IMG/VR virus record: IMGVR_UViG_3300031576_001299
Coordinates: 1-37,218 of that record
Reading direction: 5' to 3' (one strand)
Length of the DNA: 37,218 nt
Source: a virus
Taxonomy: Duplodnaviria; Caudoviricetes
Part shown: in pieces, positions 8,818 to 17,564 of the stretch
Position numbering within the stretch: position 1 is the first letter of the stretch
Layout: each line of letters opens with the position of its first letter
Position numbers and translations under genes: made by a program
The notes under the pieces: generated by a model
Databases searched by the model: none
What the model saw: only the letters and a program-made list of their open reading frames with translations
Told to the model about the DNA's origin: nothing

Positions 8818-8968
8818 CGAACCGCCGCCCCTGGCGGCTCACGGCGCGCTCGGCCCCGCCCCGCGCCGTTCCTCGCCGTCGTTGCCGTGCGGGGCACACG
8901 GGCGCACACAGGCCGGCTCGCACCCCTCCCCGGCCTGCCGCCCTTCGGGCCTGCCCGGCGCGCAGCCC

Positions 8969-8996
8969 TCGTAGTACACTGTCGGTGTACCGACCA
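8969..8996 (+). promoter_or_regulatory. GTA-N11-TAC element, identical to 14643-14670
   Basis: TCGTAGTACACTGTCGGTGTACCGACCA, contains TACACT -10. Confidence 0.75.
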
Positions 8997-9022
8997 GGGA
9001 TTGCCGACCAGCGGAGGACCCG

Positions 9023-9328
9023 ATGACCACCTTCGAACTGCCCGACGGCCGCACCGTCAACGTCATCCCCGGACCAGCTTCCACACCTCGAGCAGAGCCC
9101 GAGGGCGGCGATCCTGAGCGGCGGGCCGCCTGGGCGCTCGCCGCGCTCGACACGCTCGGCGACCTCACCGGCATCGATCCCGACGTCGAGCTCCCCGAGC
9201 TGATCGCCGAGCTCATCTGCGACCTCGCCCACCTCGCCGACGCGCATGACCTCGACCCCGGCGAGCTCATCGAAGACGGTGTCGCCCGCTACACGGCCAG
9301 CGCCCTCGCTCTCGGGGCCGGCCGGTGA
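9023..9328 (+). CDS. Hypothetical protein
   Basis: GGAGG RBS; ELICDLAHLAD. Confidence 0.65.
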   Translation: MTTFELPDGRTVNVIPGPASTPRAEPEGGDPERRAAWALAALDTLGDLTGIDPDVELPELIAELICDLAHLADAHDLDPGELIEDGVARYTASALALGAGR

Positions 9329-10167
9329 AGGCGACAAAGATCCGTTGGGCCGACTCGACGTGGAACACGATGGTCGGCTGCACGAAGATCTCGCCCGGCT
9401 GTGACCGCTGTTACGCCGAGGTGATCGCGACGAAATTCGCGGGGCCGGCGTTCCCGAACGGGTTCGAACCCACCTTCAAGCCGCACAAGGTTGCTGACCC
9501 GGTCCGCTGGGCGGATCCGCGGCGCGTGTTCGTCAACTCGATGAGCGACGTCCACCACGAAGCCTTTGGCCGTGGCGAGATCGACGCCGTGTACGACGCG
9601 ATGTGCTCGACCGACCGGCACGACTACCTCGTGCTCACGAAGCGCCCTCGGCGGATGGCCGCGTATCTTCTCGGCGCCCAGTATGCCCGCGACGCGAAAG
9701 TGCTCGGCCCGAACTGCACCGCCACTGACCCCGAGCCGGGGAGCTACCTCGCCCGGCGTGGCCTCGCCGCGCTACCCGCGCAGATCTGGGTCGGCTGTTC
9801 GATCGAGAGCGACCGGTACACGTTCCGGGCCGACTGGCTCCGCACGATCCCCGCCGCGGTCCGGTTCCTGAGTTGTGAGCCGCTGCTCGGGCCGCTCCCC
9901 TCCCTCCACCTCGGCGGGATCGGGTGGGTGATCGCGGGCGGCGAATCCGGGCCCGGCTACCGGCCCATGGACCACGCCTGGGCCCGGGATCTGCGCGACC
10001 GCTGCGCCGCCCTGCAGATCGCGTTCTTCTTCAAGCAGTCCGCCGCTGCTCGCACCGAGATGGGCATCGCCCTCGACGGTGCTCTGCACGAGGAGTACCC
10101 GTTCGCGCACCCGCGGCTCGGCCAGCCACGCCGGCGCGGCCGCTACAGCGAAGGAGCGACATCGTGA
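9325..10167 (+). CDS. Gp37Gp68 / DUF5131 family phage protein
   Basis: TKIRWADSTWN, GCTKISPGCDRCYA, FVNSMSD, LTKRP, RFLSCEPLLG, WVIAGGESG, FFFKQ. Confidence 0.92.
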   Translation: MKATKIRWADSTWNTMVGCTKISPGCDRCYAEVIATKFAGPAFPNGFEPTFKPHKVADPVRWADPRRVFVNSMSDVHHEAFGRGEIDAVYDAMCSTDRHDYLVLTKRPRRMAAYLLGAQYARDAKVLGPNCTATDPEPGSYLARRGLAALPAQIWVGCSIESDRYTFRADWLRTIPAAVRFLSCEPLLGPLPSLHLGGIGWVIAGGESGPGYRPMDHAWARDLRDRCAALQIAFFFKQSAAARTEMGIALDGALHEEYPFAHPRLGQPRRRGRYSEGATS

Positions 10168-10373
10168 CCACGACGACACGGCAGCGGGTCATCTTCAAGT
10201 ACCCGATCGTCGGGCCCGACACGACCCTCGGCACGGGCGCTAACCCGATCGTCGCGTTGCGGCTCGCGCCGACCGGCATGCCATTCGGCGAGCTCGGGGC
10301 CTTCGTCGCGACGTTCATGATCCCGCCAGGGCTCGTCTGGCACGTCTACGCCGAAGTGTCGGTGACGACATGA
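10164..10373 (+). CDS. Small phage protein, possibly internally deleted
   Basis: VIFKYP N-terminus and GLVWHVY C-terminus of a common phage family, but short. Confidence 0.5.
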   Translation: MTTTTRQRVIFKYPIVGPDTTLGTGANPIVALRLAPTGMPFGELGAFVATFMIPPGLVWHVYAEVSVTT

Positions 10374-10816
10374 GCAGCAGCAATCTCCCGCTCGAGGTGT
10401 CGGCGGTAGCGGATGCGATCGTCGGCGGGTTCGAACGGCTTGAGGCCCAGCTCGAGCGGATTGGGACGTTCCTCGAGCGGCTCGCGGGCCCGCCGCCGGA
10501 CCTCGTGTTGCCGGCAATCGCAACGACGTTGCCGGCAATGCGTGAGGCACGCCCCGACTTCGGGCTCGACGAGCTGCTGGTCCTCGCGCGCCGATGGGCC
10601 CGCGAGCTCCTCGCCTCCGGGCATCCGCCCGAGCTCCGCACGTTCATGCATGCCGTCGTCGCTTCCACCGACACCGCCCGCGCCCGGGCCGAAGACCTCA
10701 CTGACGAGCCCACCTGGGATGCTGGCCTCGGGATCGTCATCGCCGACGCGATCGAAGTGCTCGCGGACGCGATCGTCACTGTCGGCCGGGCCGTGCAGAA
10801 AGAGCTCGGCGCATGA
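10370..10816 (+). CDS. Hypothetical protein
   Basis: Coupled ORF with coding-like codon use. Confidence 0.6.
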   Translation: MSSSNLPLEVSAVADAIVGGFERLEAQLERIGTFLERLAGPPPDLVLPAIATTLPAMREARPDFGLDELLVLARRWARELLASGHPPELRTFMHAVVASTDTARARAEDLTDEPTWDAGLGIVIADAIEVLADAIVTVGRAVQKELGA

Positions 10817-11016
10817 ACCCCCCCGCCCGGCAGCCGTGGGCTCCGGCCTGCTGTGAACACGACGTCGCGCTCCAGCGCGCGCAGATTGAGATCGACTTCT
10901 ACCGCACGACGCTCGCCTGGTATGCCGACCCGGCCAACTACGACGGGGAGTGTGGCCGGCCAGTCGTCGCCGACAGAGGCCGCCGGGCACGCGTCGCGCT
11001 CCACGGCACACGATGA
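10813..11016 (+). CDS. Hypothetical protein
   Basis: LAWYADPANY...DRGRRAR; ATGA coupling. Confidence 0.6.
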   Translation: MNPPARQPWAPACCEHDVALQRAQIEIDFYRTTLAWYADPANYDGECGRPVVADRGRRARVALHGTR

Positions 11017-11137
11017 GACGCCGCCGCGACGACCAAGTCACTCAACCCACACGCCGGCGGATGACGACCGCGATCCGCTTCCCCGAAGAGCTGCACCTCG
11101 TCCCCGTGGACGAGATGCGCTGGACGAAGGACACGCC

Positions 11138-12327
11138 GTGACGGTCGAGCTCGGGGAGCCTCGCTCGGACCTGTTCGGCGCGTTGGGGGCGCTCGGGACC
11201 CCGACGAGCCGGACGCGCCGCACGATCGCCGGCTTGCTCGTCGCCGGCGCTCTCGCCGATATCGGCCGGACCTGGCTGCGGCGCGCGCAGAACGTGGGTG
11301 TGCACACCGTCGCGCTCGCATCTGAGGACGACATCTACGGTGAGGTGCACCGGTGGCTCCTCGACCAGATGCCACCGGCCCGGCGTCGGGGGACGCTCCG
11401 GCTCCTCTACGACGGCCGCCGCGCGCAGCCTGTCGTGATCGATGGGCATCGGGTCGTGGTGCAGATCGAGCGTGACGCGCCCGGCCGTGACCTCGAGGAC
11501 ATGCCCCGCTGGTACCGGCTCTCCGAACGGATCGTGTTCTCCGCCCGCTCCATCGCCGGGCGTGAGGCCGTCGTCAGGTTCCTCGCCCAGATCGCGGCGG
11601 CGCATCACCGTGGCGGCGGCGCCCGCCTCTACGTCGCCAGCCGGTGGGGGGATTGGCGGAGGCTGAGCTCCCCGCGCGTGAGCTCGACACGGTCATCCTG
11701 CGGGCCGGTCAAACCGAAGCGATCGAAGCGGACCTGACCGAGTTCTTCGACGCCGAACAGCGCTACGGCCGCATCGGGATCCCATGGCATCGCGGGCTCG
11801 TCCTCCACGGCCCGCCCGGCACCGGCAAGACCAGCCTCGCCCGGGCGCTCGCCCACCGCTTCGACCTCGACGTCTACTACGTGCCGCTCCGCTCGATGAT
11901 GGTCCTCGAAGACATCGACGTCGTCCACGCCTCCCACTCCCGCGACGACGCCGAAAGCGCCGGCGTGAGCCTGTCGGGCCTGCTCAACGCGCTCGACGGG
12001 TTCGTCACCCCGCACGGGCTCGTCACGATCATGACGACCAACGAGCTCGGCGTCCTCGACCCCGCCCTCCTACGCCCCGGCCGGGCGGACCGGATCGAGG
12101 AGCTCGGACTCCTCGACGACAACCAGCTCCACCGGCTCGTGCACCTGATCATCGGGCCCGGCCAATCCCGTCACTACAGCGGCGGCCGGCAGCTCGCCGG
12201 CGCGAACCTCACCCACGCCCAGGTGATCGAAGCCGCCAAAGCGCATCTCGACGACCCGCCCGCCGCGGTCAACGCGATCGACCAGCTCCTCCAGACCAAC
12301 GCCACGACGCTGGTCCGCACCGGCTGA
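11138..12327 (+). pseudogene. BCS1-like AAA+ ATPase, frameshifted near 11660
   Basis: N-terminal TM part in one frame; GIPWHRGLVLHGPPGTGKTS, LEDID, SLSGLLNALDG and LDPALLRPGRAD in another; Walker A to Walker B segment looks shortened. Confidence 0.75.
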
Positions 12328-12355
12328 ACCAGCCACCCGCGCAACACCGCGCCGA

Positions 12356-12377
12356 ATACCGCGCGATCGCGCGGTAT
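12356..12377. repeat. Perfect 22-bp palindrome
   Basis: ATACCGCGCGATCGCGCGGTAT. Confidence 0.85.
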
Positions 12378-12383
12378 CGCCCA

Positions 12384-12401
12384 AACCACGGGCGTGTGGT
12401 T
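12384..12401 (+). promoter_or_regulatory. ACCACA-N4-TGTGGT-type element upstream of the TerS-like gene
   Basis: AACCACGGGCGTGTGGTT. Confidence 0.6.
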
Positions 12402-12447
12402 CCGGCTGTATGGTTCCGGCCGTGCCCAGCACAGTTCCGGGTGCCGG

Positions 12448-13815
12448 ATGACCGCCAAGCAGCAACACGTCGAAGCCCACCGCAAGATCGGGATCCGCCG
12501 CCGGCTCCTCGACAAGCTCGGCACCACCGACGGCCTCGCCTACATCCCCTACTGCGGCGACGGCGACCTCACCCACGACCTCGACCGCTACGACAACCGC
12601 CGCTGCCTCCTCATCGACAACGACCCCGACCGCACCACCACCGCCCAACAACGGTTCGACACCGACACCGTCCACGCGATCACCGCCGACGCCAACCACT
12701 ACCAGCCGCCCCCCCAAGCATGGGGCGACACACCCTTCGCCGTCGCCGACTTCGACGCCTACGCCTACCCCTACCAGGCATTCCGCGAATGGTTCGCCAA
12801 CGCGCCCCTCGCCCCCCGCCTCGCCGTCTTCTTCACCGACGGACAACGCCAAGCCATCCGCCGAGGCTTCGCCTGGATCGAACCCGACGGCACCCACCGC
12901 AAATGCACAGCCGACCAGGTCACCATCTGGCGCACCGCCTACACCACCTGGCCCAAACTCGTGCAACGCTGGCTCACCGACCACGCCCAAACCCGCGGCT
13001 ACACCATCACCGACACCACCAGCTACCTCCGATCCGGCGTCCTCGTCTACTGGGGCGCCATCCTCCAGCACACTCCAACCGTCGCCGCCGGCGCCGACGA
13101 AGGTTCCCCCTCTTCCCGGATCGATACGCGCGTGAAGCTCACCGTGCCCGTGCTCGACGCGGTCTTGGAGCATGTTGCCGGCGGGACCGCGCTCGACGCT
13201 GCCGCAAAACGTGAAGGCGTCTCGGGCCGGGCGTTCCGCAAGGCCGCCGCCGGCGACGCACGGTTGAAGCATCGGCTCGACGCCGCGCGTGCTGTGGGGA
13301 AGGGGAAAGGCGATCCGCACTGGAAGTTCGACGAGCCGACCCGGGTCGCGTATCTGGGTGCGTTGCAGGAGGGCAAGCCGCGGACCCACGCGGCGCGCGA
13401 TGCGGGGATCAGCTATGACGCGGTGCGCGAGTACCGGGCGGCCCATCCTGAGTTCGGGTTCGTGGAGCGGCAGGCCCAGCGGGAGAGCAACGACCATGTC
13501 GAGTTCGCGTTGTTCGAGGCGGCGACGTCGGGGAATGTGCGGGCGATCGAGCTGTGGCTGACGAACCGCAGCACCGACCGTTGGCATGACCGTCGCCGCG
13601 TGACCCTCGCCGGCGACGCGGCGGCGCCGGTCGAAGTGTCGCTCACCACCGAGGAGCCGTTGCCCGACCCGCTCAGCCCCGCCCAGCATGTCGCCGGCAC
13701 GCTCGTCGCGCTGCGCGACGCGGGCGTGTTGGTGCCGACACTCGCGGCGCTCGGCCTCATCGACCTCGAACCGGCCGAACTGGCCGAGGCTGAGCCGGAA
13801 GCAGGGTCAGGGTGA
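12448..13815 (+). CDS. Fusion of a SAM-MTase-like N-terminal domain and an HTH terminase-small-subunit-like domain
   Basis: YIPYCGDGD / LLIDND / ADFDAYAYP; HAARDAGISYDAVREYR...VEFALFEAATSGNVRAIELWLTNR..DRWHDRR. Confidence 0.65.
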   Translation: MTAKQQHVEAHRKIGIRRRLLDKLGTTDGLAYIPYCGDGDLTHDLDRYDNRRCLLIDNDPDRTTTAQQRFDTDTVHAITADANHYQPPPQAWGDTPFAVADFDAYAYPYQAFREWFANAPLAPRLAVFFTDGQRQAIRRGFAWIEPDGTHRKCTADQVTIWRTAYTTWPKLVQRWLTDHAQTRGYTITDTTSYLRSGVLVYWGAILQHTPTVAAGADEGSPSSRIDTRVKLTVPVLDAVLEHVAGGTALDAAAKREGVSGRAFRKAAAGDARLKHRLDAARAVGKGKGDPHWKFDEPTRVAYLGALQEGKPRTHAARDAGISYDAVREYRAAHPEFGFVERQAQRESNDHVEFALFEAATSGNVRAIELWLTNRSTDRWHDRRRVTLAGDAAAPVEVSLTTEEPLPDPLSPAQHVAGTLVALRDAGVLVPTLAALGLIDLEPAELAEAEPEAGSG

Positions 13816-14048
13816 TCGGCCCGTCGGCGGCGCTCGAGCGGGTCGGGCAGACCGCCGGCGGCTGGCGTGCCGCAGAGGCTGCCGCGGCCGCGGCACGGGA
13901 GGCGCTTGACGGTGCGGTCGCCGACGCCTGGGTCGCGGGCTGTTCGGCCAGCGCGATCGCCGAAGCCGCGGGCACGTCGAAGAGCTCGGCGCACCGGTGG
14001 GCCCAGCAGGCGACCGCCGCTCGCCAAGCCGCCGCCACGCCCCGCTAA
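13812..14048 (+). CDS. Small HTH protein
   Basis: GCSASAIAEAAGTSKSSAHRWA. Confidence 0.6.
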   Translation: MIGPSAALERVGQTAGGWRAAEAAAAAAREALDGAVADAWVAGCSASAIAEAAGTSKSSAHRWAQQATAARQAAATPR

Positions 14049-14117
14049 CCCTCCCAGCTCCTCTCCTAACCCACGTCCGAGCGCAGGCCCGTAGCGTGGC
14101 CTCCGGACGGGTCTCCT

Positions 14118-14145
14118 GGTACACTGTCGCTATACCGACCAGGAG
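14118..14145 (+). promoter_or_regulatory. GTA-N11-TAC element plus RBS, identical to 15777-15804
   Basis: GGTACACTGTCGCTATACCGACCAGGAG; TGGCCT-N17-TACACT. Confidence 0.75.
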
Positions 14146-14153
14146 GCCTGCCG

Positions 14154-14405
14154 ATGACCACCACCTCTCGCCGATCTGGCGACCGTTACGCCGTGGCCGA
14201 TCTCATGGCCGTCACCGCAGCTGTGAGCGACGGTGAGCTCGCCGCCATCATCGGCGTGAGCCGCAGTGTCGTGAACCGCCGCAAGCTCCGACGAGGCCTC
14301 GACGCGTACGAAGCCGACCGTTGGTCGGTCGCCGCCGGGTTCTTGCCGTGGGAAGTCTGGCCCGACTGGCTCCAGGAGGTGATGGGCGATGCGAGTTCCC
14401 GATGA
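14154..14405 (+). CDS. Small HTH protein
   Basis: ELAAIIGVSRSVVNRRK...ADRWSVAAGFLPWEVWPDW. Confidence 0.65.
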   Translation: MTTTSRRSGDRYAVADLMAVTAAVSDGELAAIIGVSRSVVNRRKLRRGLDAYEADRWSVAAGFLPWEVWPDWLQEVMGDASSR

Positions 14406-14601
14406 AGTGATCACCGCGTTCGACGCCGCGAAGGCCGCCCGGGCGCTCGCGCTCGCCCTGCCCAACGACGACGACGTGCAACGGGAGTACCGGCATCGGC
14501 GGCTCGTGCTCGAGGAGACGGCCGAGGCGTGGCTGTCGGGCGCGCTCGAGATGTCGCCGGCCGAGCTGCTCGCCGAACACACCGGGCGGCCCCTCATCTG
14601 A
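14389..14601 (+). CDS. Hypothetical protein
   Basis: AGGAGG RBS; coding-like. Confidence 0.6.
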   Translation: MRVPDEVITAFDAAKAARALALALPNDDDVQREYRHRRLVLEETAEAWLSGALEMSPAELLAEHTGRPLI

Positions 14602-14642
14602 GGCGAAAAAACTGCCGTTCGCCCTGGTCAGCTCGCACCCGA

Positions 14643-14670
14643 TCGTAGTACACTGTCGGTGTACCGACCA
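14643..14670 (+). promoter_or_regulatory. GTA-N11-TAC element, identical to 8969-8996
   Basis: 28-bp exact repeat. Confidence 0.75.
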
Positions 14671-14699
14671 AGTAGCCCGTATTGACGATCGGAGCACCC

Positions 14700-15047
14700 A
14701 TGACCACCAGCCCCGGCGAAGAAGCCGTCGCCGAAGCCTGCCGGATCGCCCGGCGGCTCGTCGAGATCACCCGCCAGATCGCATGGCACCGCACCCACCC
14801 CCACGGCCAACGCCGCATCCTCCCCGCCCTCGAGGCCACCGCAACCACAGCCGCCGCCCAGCTCCAAACCGCGACGCGCAGCGCGGCGGCCGACCCCGAG
14901 CTCGACTGCACCGCGAGCGACGTCCTCGAAGACGCGATCTGCGAGGCCGAAGCCGACTACGGCCGGACCGACAATGACCTCGACGAGTGGCTCGCCATGC
15001 GCGCCGAAGACCTGCGGGTCGAGTTCCTCGCGGAGACGGTCCGATGA
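14700..15047 (+). CDS. Hypothetical protein
   Basis: GGAG RBS; follows the repeat element. Confidence 0.6.
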   Translation: MTTSPGEEAVAEACRIARRLVEITRQIAWHRTHPHGQRRILPALEATATTAAAQLQTATRSAAADPELDCTASDVLEDAICEAEADYGRTDNDLDEWLAMRAEDLRVEFLAETVR

Positions 15048-15232
15048 CTGGCCGGCTCGCGATCCTCATCGCCCGCACCGCCCGACGCCTCGCGTTCCTC
15101 GACACCACGGGTCGGTACACGCGGCGTGCGGTCCTGGCGTTCATGGCCGCGAACACGCTCGCGGCGGCCGACACCGATCCTGTTGCCCGCGCGCTCGCAC
15201 GCGAGTGGCTCCCCACGGAGGTGACGCTGTGA
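15044..15232 (+). CDS. Hypothetical protein
   Basis: ATGA/GTGA coupling. Confidence 0.55.
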   Translation: MTGRLAILIARTARRLAFLDTTGRYTRRAVLAFMAANTLAAADTDPVARALAREWLPTEVTL

Positions 15233-15480
15233 AGAGGCTCTCGGCAAGGCAGCGGCTCGCGCTCGACGTGCTCGCGCACCCGACCGAGATCCGAACATGA
15301 TCGCCCGGTGAGCTCGCCGCAGAGATGGGCACGAGCCCCGAAGGCGCAGCACAAACGGCGTCGAGCCTCGTCACCCGTGGCCTCGTCGGCCGCCGCCGGC
15401 GAGACGGGCGCGTGCACTACTTCGCGACGACCGAGGGCCGCGCGTTCATCACGCCCGGCTGGCCCCAGGTGACGTCGTGA
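15229..15480 (+). pseudogene. MarR-like winged-helix protein with an in-frame TGA at 15298-15300
   Basis: MKRLSARQRLALDVL...RT*SPGELAAEMGTSPEGAAQTASSLVTRGLV continues in frame to a stop that overlaps the next start. Confidence 0.7.
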
Positions 15481-15776
15481 ACGGCCTCACGTTCCTTGCC
15501 CTCGTCGCGATCGCCGCCAGCTTCACCCCCGCCATCGCGCACGCCCTCCTCGCCGAAAGGCCACCCATGTTCACCATCTACGCCTGCGACCTCTGCCACG
15601 CCTCGGTCTGCACGAACCTCCCCGACGACGAAGCCACCTTCGAGCTCAACCTGGCCCGCCCGACCGGCATCTCGTCTCGCTGGCAGATCAGCCCCGACCC
15701 GTTTGCCGACGGGAGCCCGAACCCGTCGCCGTGCCCCGACCTCCCAGAATGCCGCCACCTCCTCTACGTCTGCTGA
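15477..15776 (+). CDS. Cys-rich exported or membrane hypothetical protein
   Basis: Hydrophobic N-terminus; CDLC..SVC...CPDLPECRH. Confidence 0.6.
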   Translation: MNGLTFLALVAIAASFTPAIAHALLAERPPMFTIYACDLCHASVCTNLPDDEATFELNLARPTGISSRWQISPDPFADGSPNPSPCPDLPECRHLLYVC

Positions 15777-15804
15777 GGTACACTGTCGCTATACCGACCA
15801 GGAG
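15777..15804 (+). promoter_or_regulatory. GTA-N11-TAC element plus RBS, identical to 14118-14145
   Basis: 28-bp exact repeat starting immediately after a stop codon. Confidence 0.75.
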
Positions 15805-15811
15805 ACCGGAG

Positions 15812-16084
15812 ATGACGATGACGACTCCGAACATGTACGAAGCAGCCGCCCGGACCGCGAAGGCAACCAAGATCGCGGTCGTGCTCGACGCCGCCGGCAT
15901 CACCCCGGGCGACGCGCGGCTCCTCGAGGCCGACGACCGGCAGTTGATCGCCCGCGCCGCGCAAGTGATCGTCCCCTCCACTTGGACGTGGGAAGAGGCG
16001 ATCGGAATCCTCGAAGCCACGATCGCGGCCCGTGCCCGGCTCGCCGGCGACCCGGACGTGTTCGCTCTCCTGGACCGCCGCTAA
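15812..16084 (+). CDS. Hypothetical protein
   Basis: NMYEAAARTAKATKIAVVL...PSTWTW. Confidence 0.6.
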   Translation: MTMTTPNMYEAAARTAKATKIAVVLDAAGITPGDARLLEADDRQLIARAAQVIVPSTWTWEEAIGILEATIAARARLAGDPDVFALLDRR

Positions 16085-16264
16085 CGCGGCGTTCTGGCGA
16101 CGTGCGAGCCCCGCCAACATTCGGACCTGTTGGCGGGGGCCGTCACGCGCGCAGCACGCCGATACGATCGAGGTTGAGCGGCCCTCGCGGGGTGTCCCGG
16201 AATCGTCGGTATCTTGGTCGGTATCGTGGTCACCGGACCCCCCGGGGCTGCTCATCGCCGGACC

Positions 16265-16299
16265 GGGCCGCGCAGGGTATCTGTACGCTGTACCCCATG
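16265..16299 (+). promoter_or_regulatory. 35-bp element identical to 19123-19157; probable leaderless promoter/operator
   Basis: GGGCCGCGCAGGGTATCTGTACGCTGTACCCCATG; TACGCT lies 7 nt before the ATG. Confidence 0.75.
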
Positions 16300-16641
16300 C
16301 TCCAGATCGGCGTCGGGTTCGCGCTTCCCGACGACGCCGTGTCGCAGACCATCGCGATTCTCGCCCGCCGAGGCGCCGGCAAAACAAGCACCGGCAAGGT
16401 CCTCGTCGAGGAGCTCGTCGACGCTGGATTGCAGGCGATCGTCATCGACCCGACCGGCGTCTGGTACGGGCTCCGCTCGAGCGTCGACGGCACCCGGACA
16501 TCCGACCTCACCGCCGTCGCGGAGGCGACCGGCTACAGCCGCGACGCGTCGACAATCAGCGCGGGCCTCTCCAAGCTGCGTGCGCTCGGGCTCATCGACG
16601 GCTGGCGTGTCGCCGACGACTTCATCGACTCGATCCGGTGA
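16297..16641 (+). pseudogene. HerA/DUF87-like ATPase remnant with the central part missing
   Basis: TIAILARRGAGKT and VIDPTGVWYGLRSS joined directly to a wHTH-like C-terminus; only 114 aa, no Walker B. Confidence 0.7.
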
Positions 16642-17564
16642 CACTCATCGAAGAGCCCCTCGACCGGCTCGCCGAGCTGCTCGACCCCGAACGGCTCGAC
16701 CCGCGCCTCGCGCATCTCCGCCACGAGCTCGAGACTGGCCTCCCCGACCAGATCGACACGATCCTCGCCGGCCTCGCCCCACGCCGGCCATGCGGCAGCT
16801 ACCTCCGCCACGGCCCCTGGCCCAAACAGCGTGCGTTCCTGCTGATGAACACCGAAGACGAGGTCTTCTACGGCGGCGCCGGCGGCGGCGGGAAGTCGGA
16901 TGCGTTGCTGATGGGCGCGTTGCAGTACGTGTGCGTCCCCGGCTACGCGGCGATTCTGATGCGCCAGACCAGCCCCCAGCTCCACGGCGAAGACGGGCTC
17001 GTCCCACGTTCCGAAGACTGGCTCGCCGGCACCGACGCGGTCTGGTCGAAGAGCGAGTTGCAGTGGGAGTTCCCTTCCGGCGCGGCGTTGCGGTTCGGGC
17101 ACGCCGAATACGACCAGGACCGGTTCAAACACTCCGGCCACGCGTATCAGTACGTCGGGCTCGACGAGCTCCCGAACTGGCGCACACCGAAGGTATACCT
17201 CTACGTCGGTTTCGCGCGCCGACGCCGCCCCTCCAACGTCATGCGCCTCCCCGCCTGCCCGGGCTGCGGCCTCACGCTCGCCGACGTCCCGTTGCGCACC
17301 AGGGCGACCGGCAACCCTGGTGGGCCCGGCCATACCTGGGTGCGGCGACGGTTCGGGATCCAACTCCCGGGCGGCTGCCCGCCCGGCCGCCGGTTCGTCC
17401 CCGCCTCCCTCGCTGATAATCCGGCGCTCGATCGGCGCGGCTACGCCGAAGGGCTGATGCATCTCGACCCGGTCGAACGCGCGCAGATCCTCGCCGGCGA
17501 CTGGACAGTCCGCGAGGGCGGCCGCATGTTCCGGCGTGAATGGTTCACCGGTGGGTTCGCGTGA
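16638..17564 (+). CDS. Terminase large subunit, ATPase domain
   Basis: PWPKQRAFL, FYGGAGGGGKS (Walker A), YVGLDE (Walker B), RATGNPGG, PASLADNPAL, ends at the GDW..GGRMFRREWF linker. Confidence 0.9.
   Translation: MTLIEEPLDRLAELLDPERLDPRLAHLRHELETGLPDQIDTILAGLAPRRPCGSYLRHGPWPKQRAFLLMNTEDEVFYGGAGGGGKSDALLMGALQYVCVPGYAAILMRQTSPQLHGEDGLVPRSEDWLAGTDAVWSKSELQWEFPSGAALRFGHAEYDQDRFKHSGHAYQYVGLDELPNWRTPKVYLYVGFARRRRPSNVMRLPACPGCGLTLADVPLRTRATGNPGGPGHTWVRRRFGIQLPGGCPPGRRFVPASLADNPALDRRGYAEGLMHLDPVERAQILAGDWTVREGGRMFRREWFTGGFA

Noticed and set aside
15298-15300. Genome-wide TGA recoding
   Set aside because: Most genes here end in TGA with ATGA/GTGA coupling; only one in-frame case was seen.
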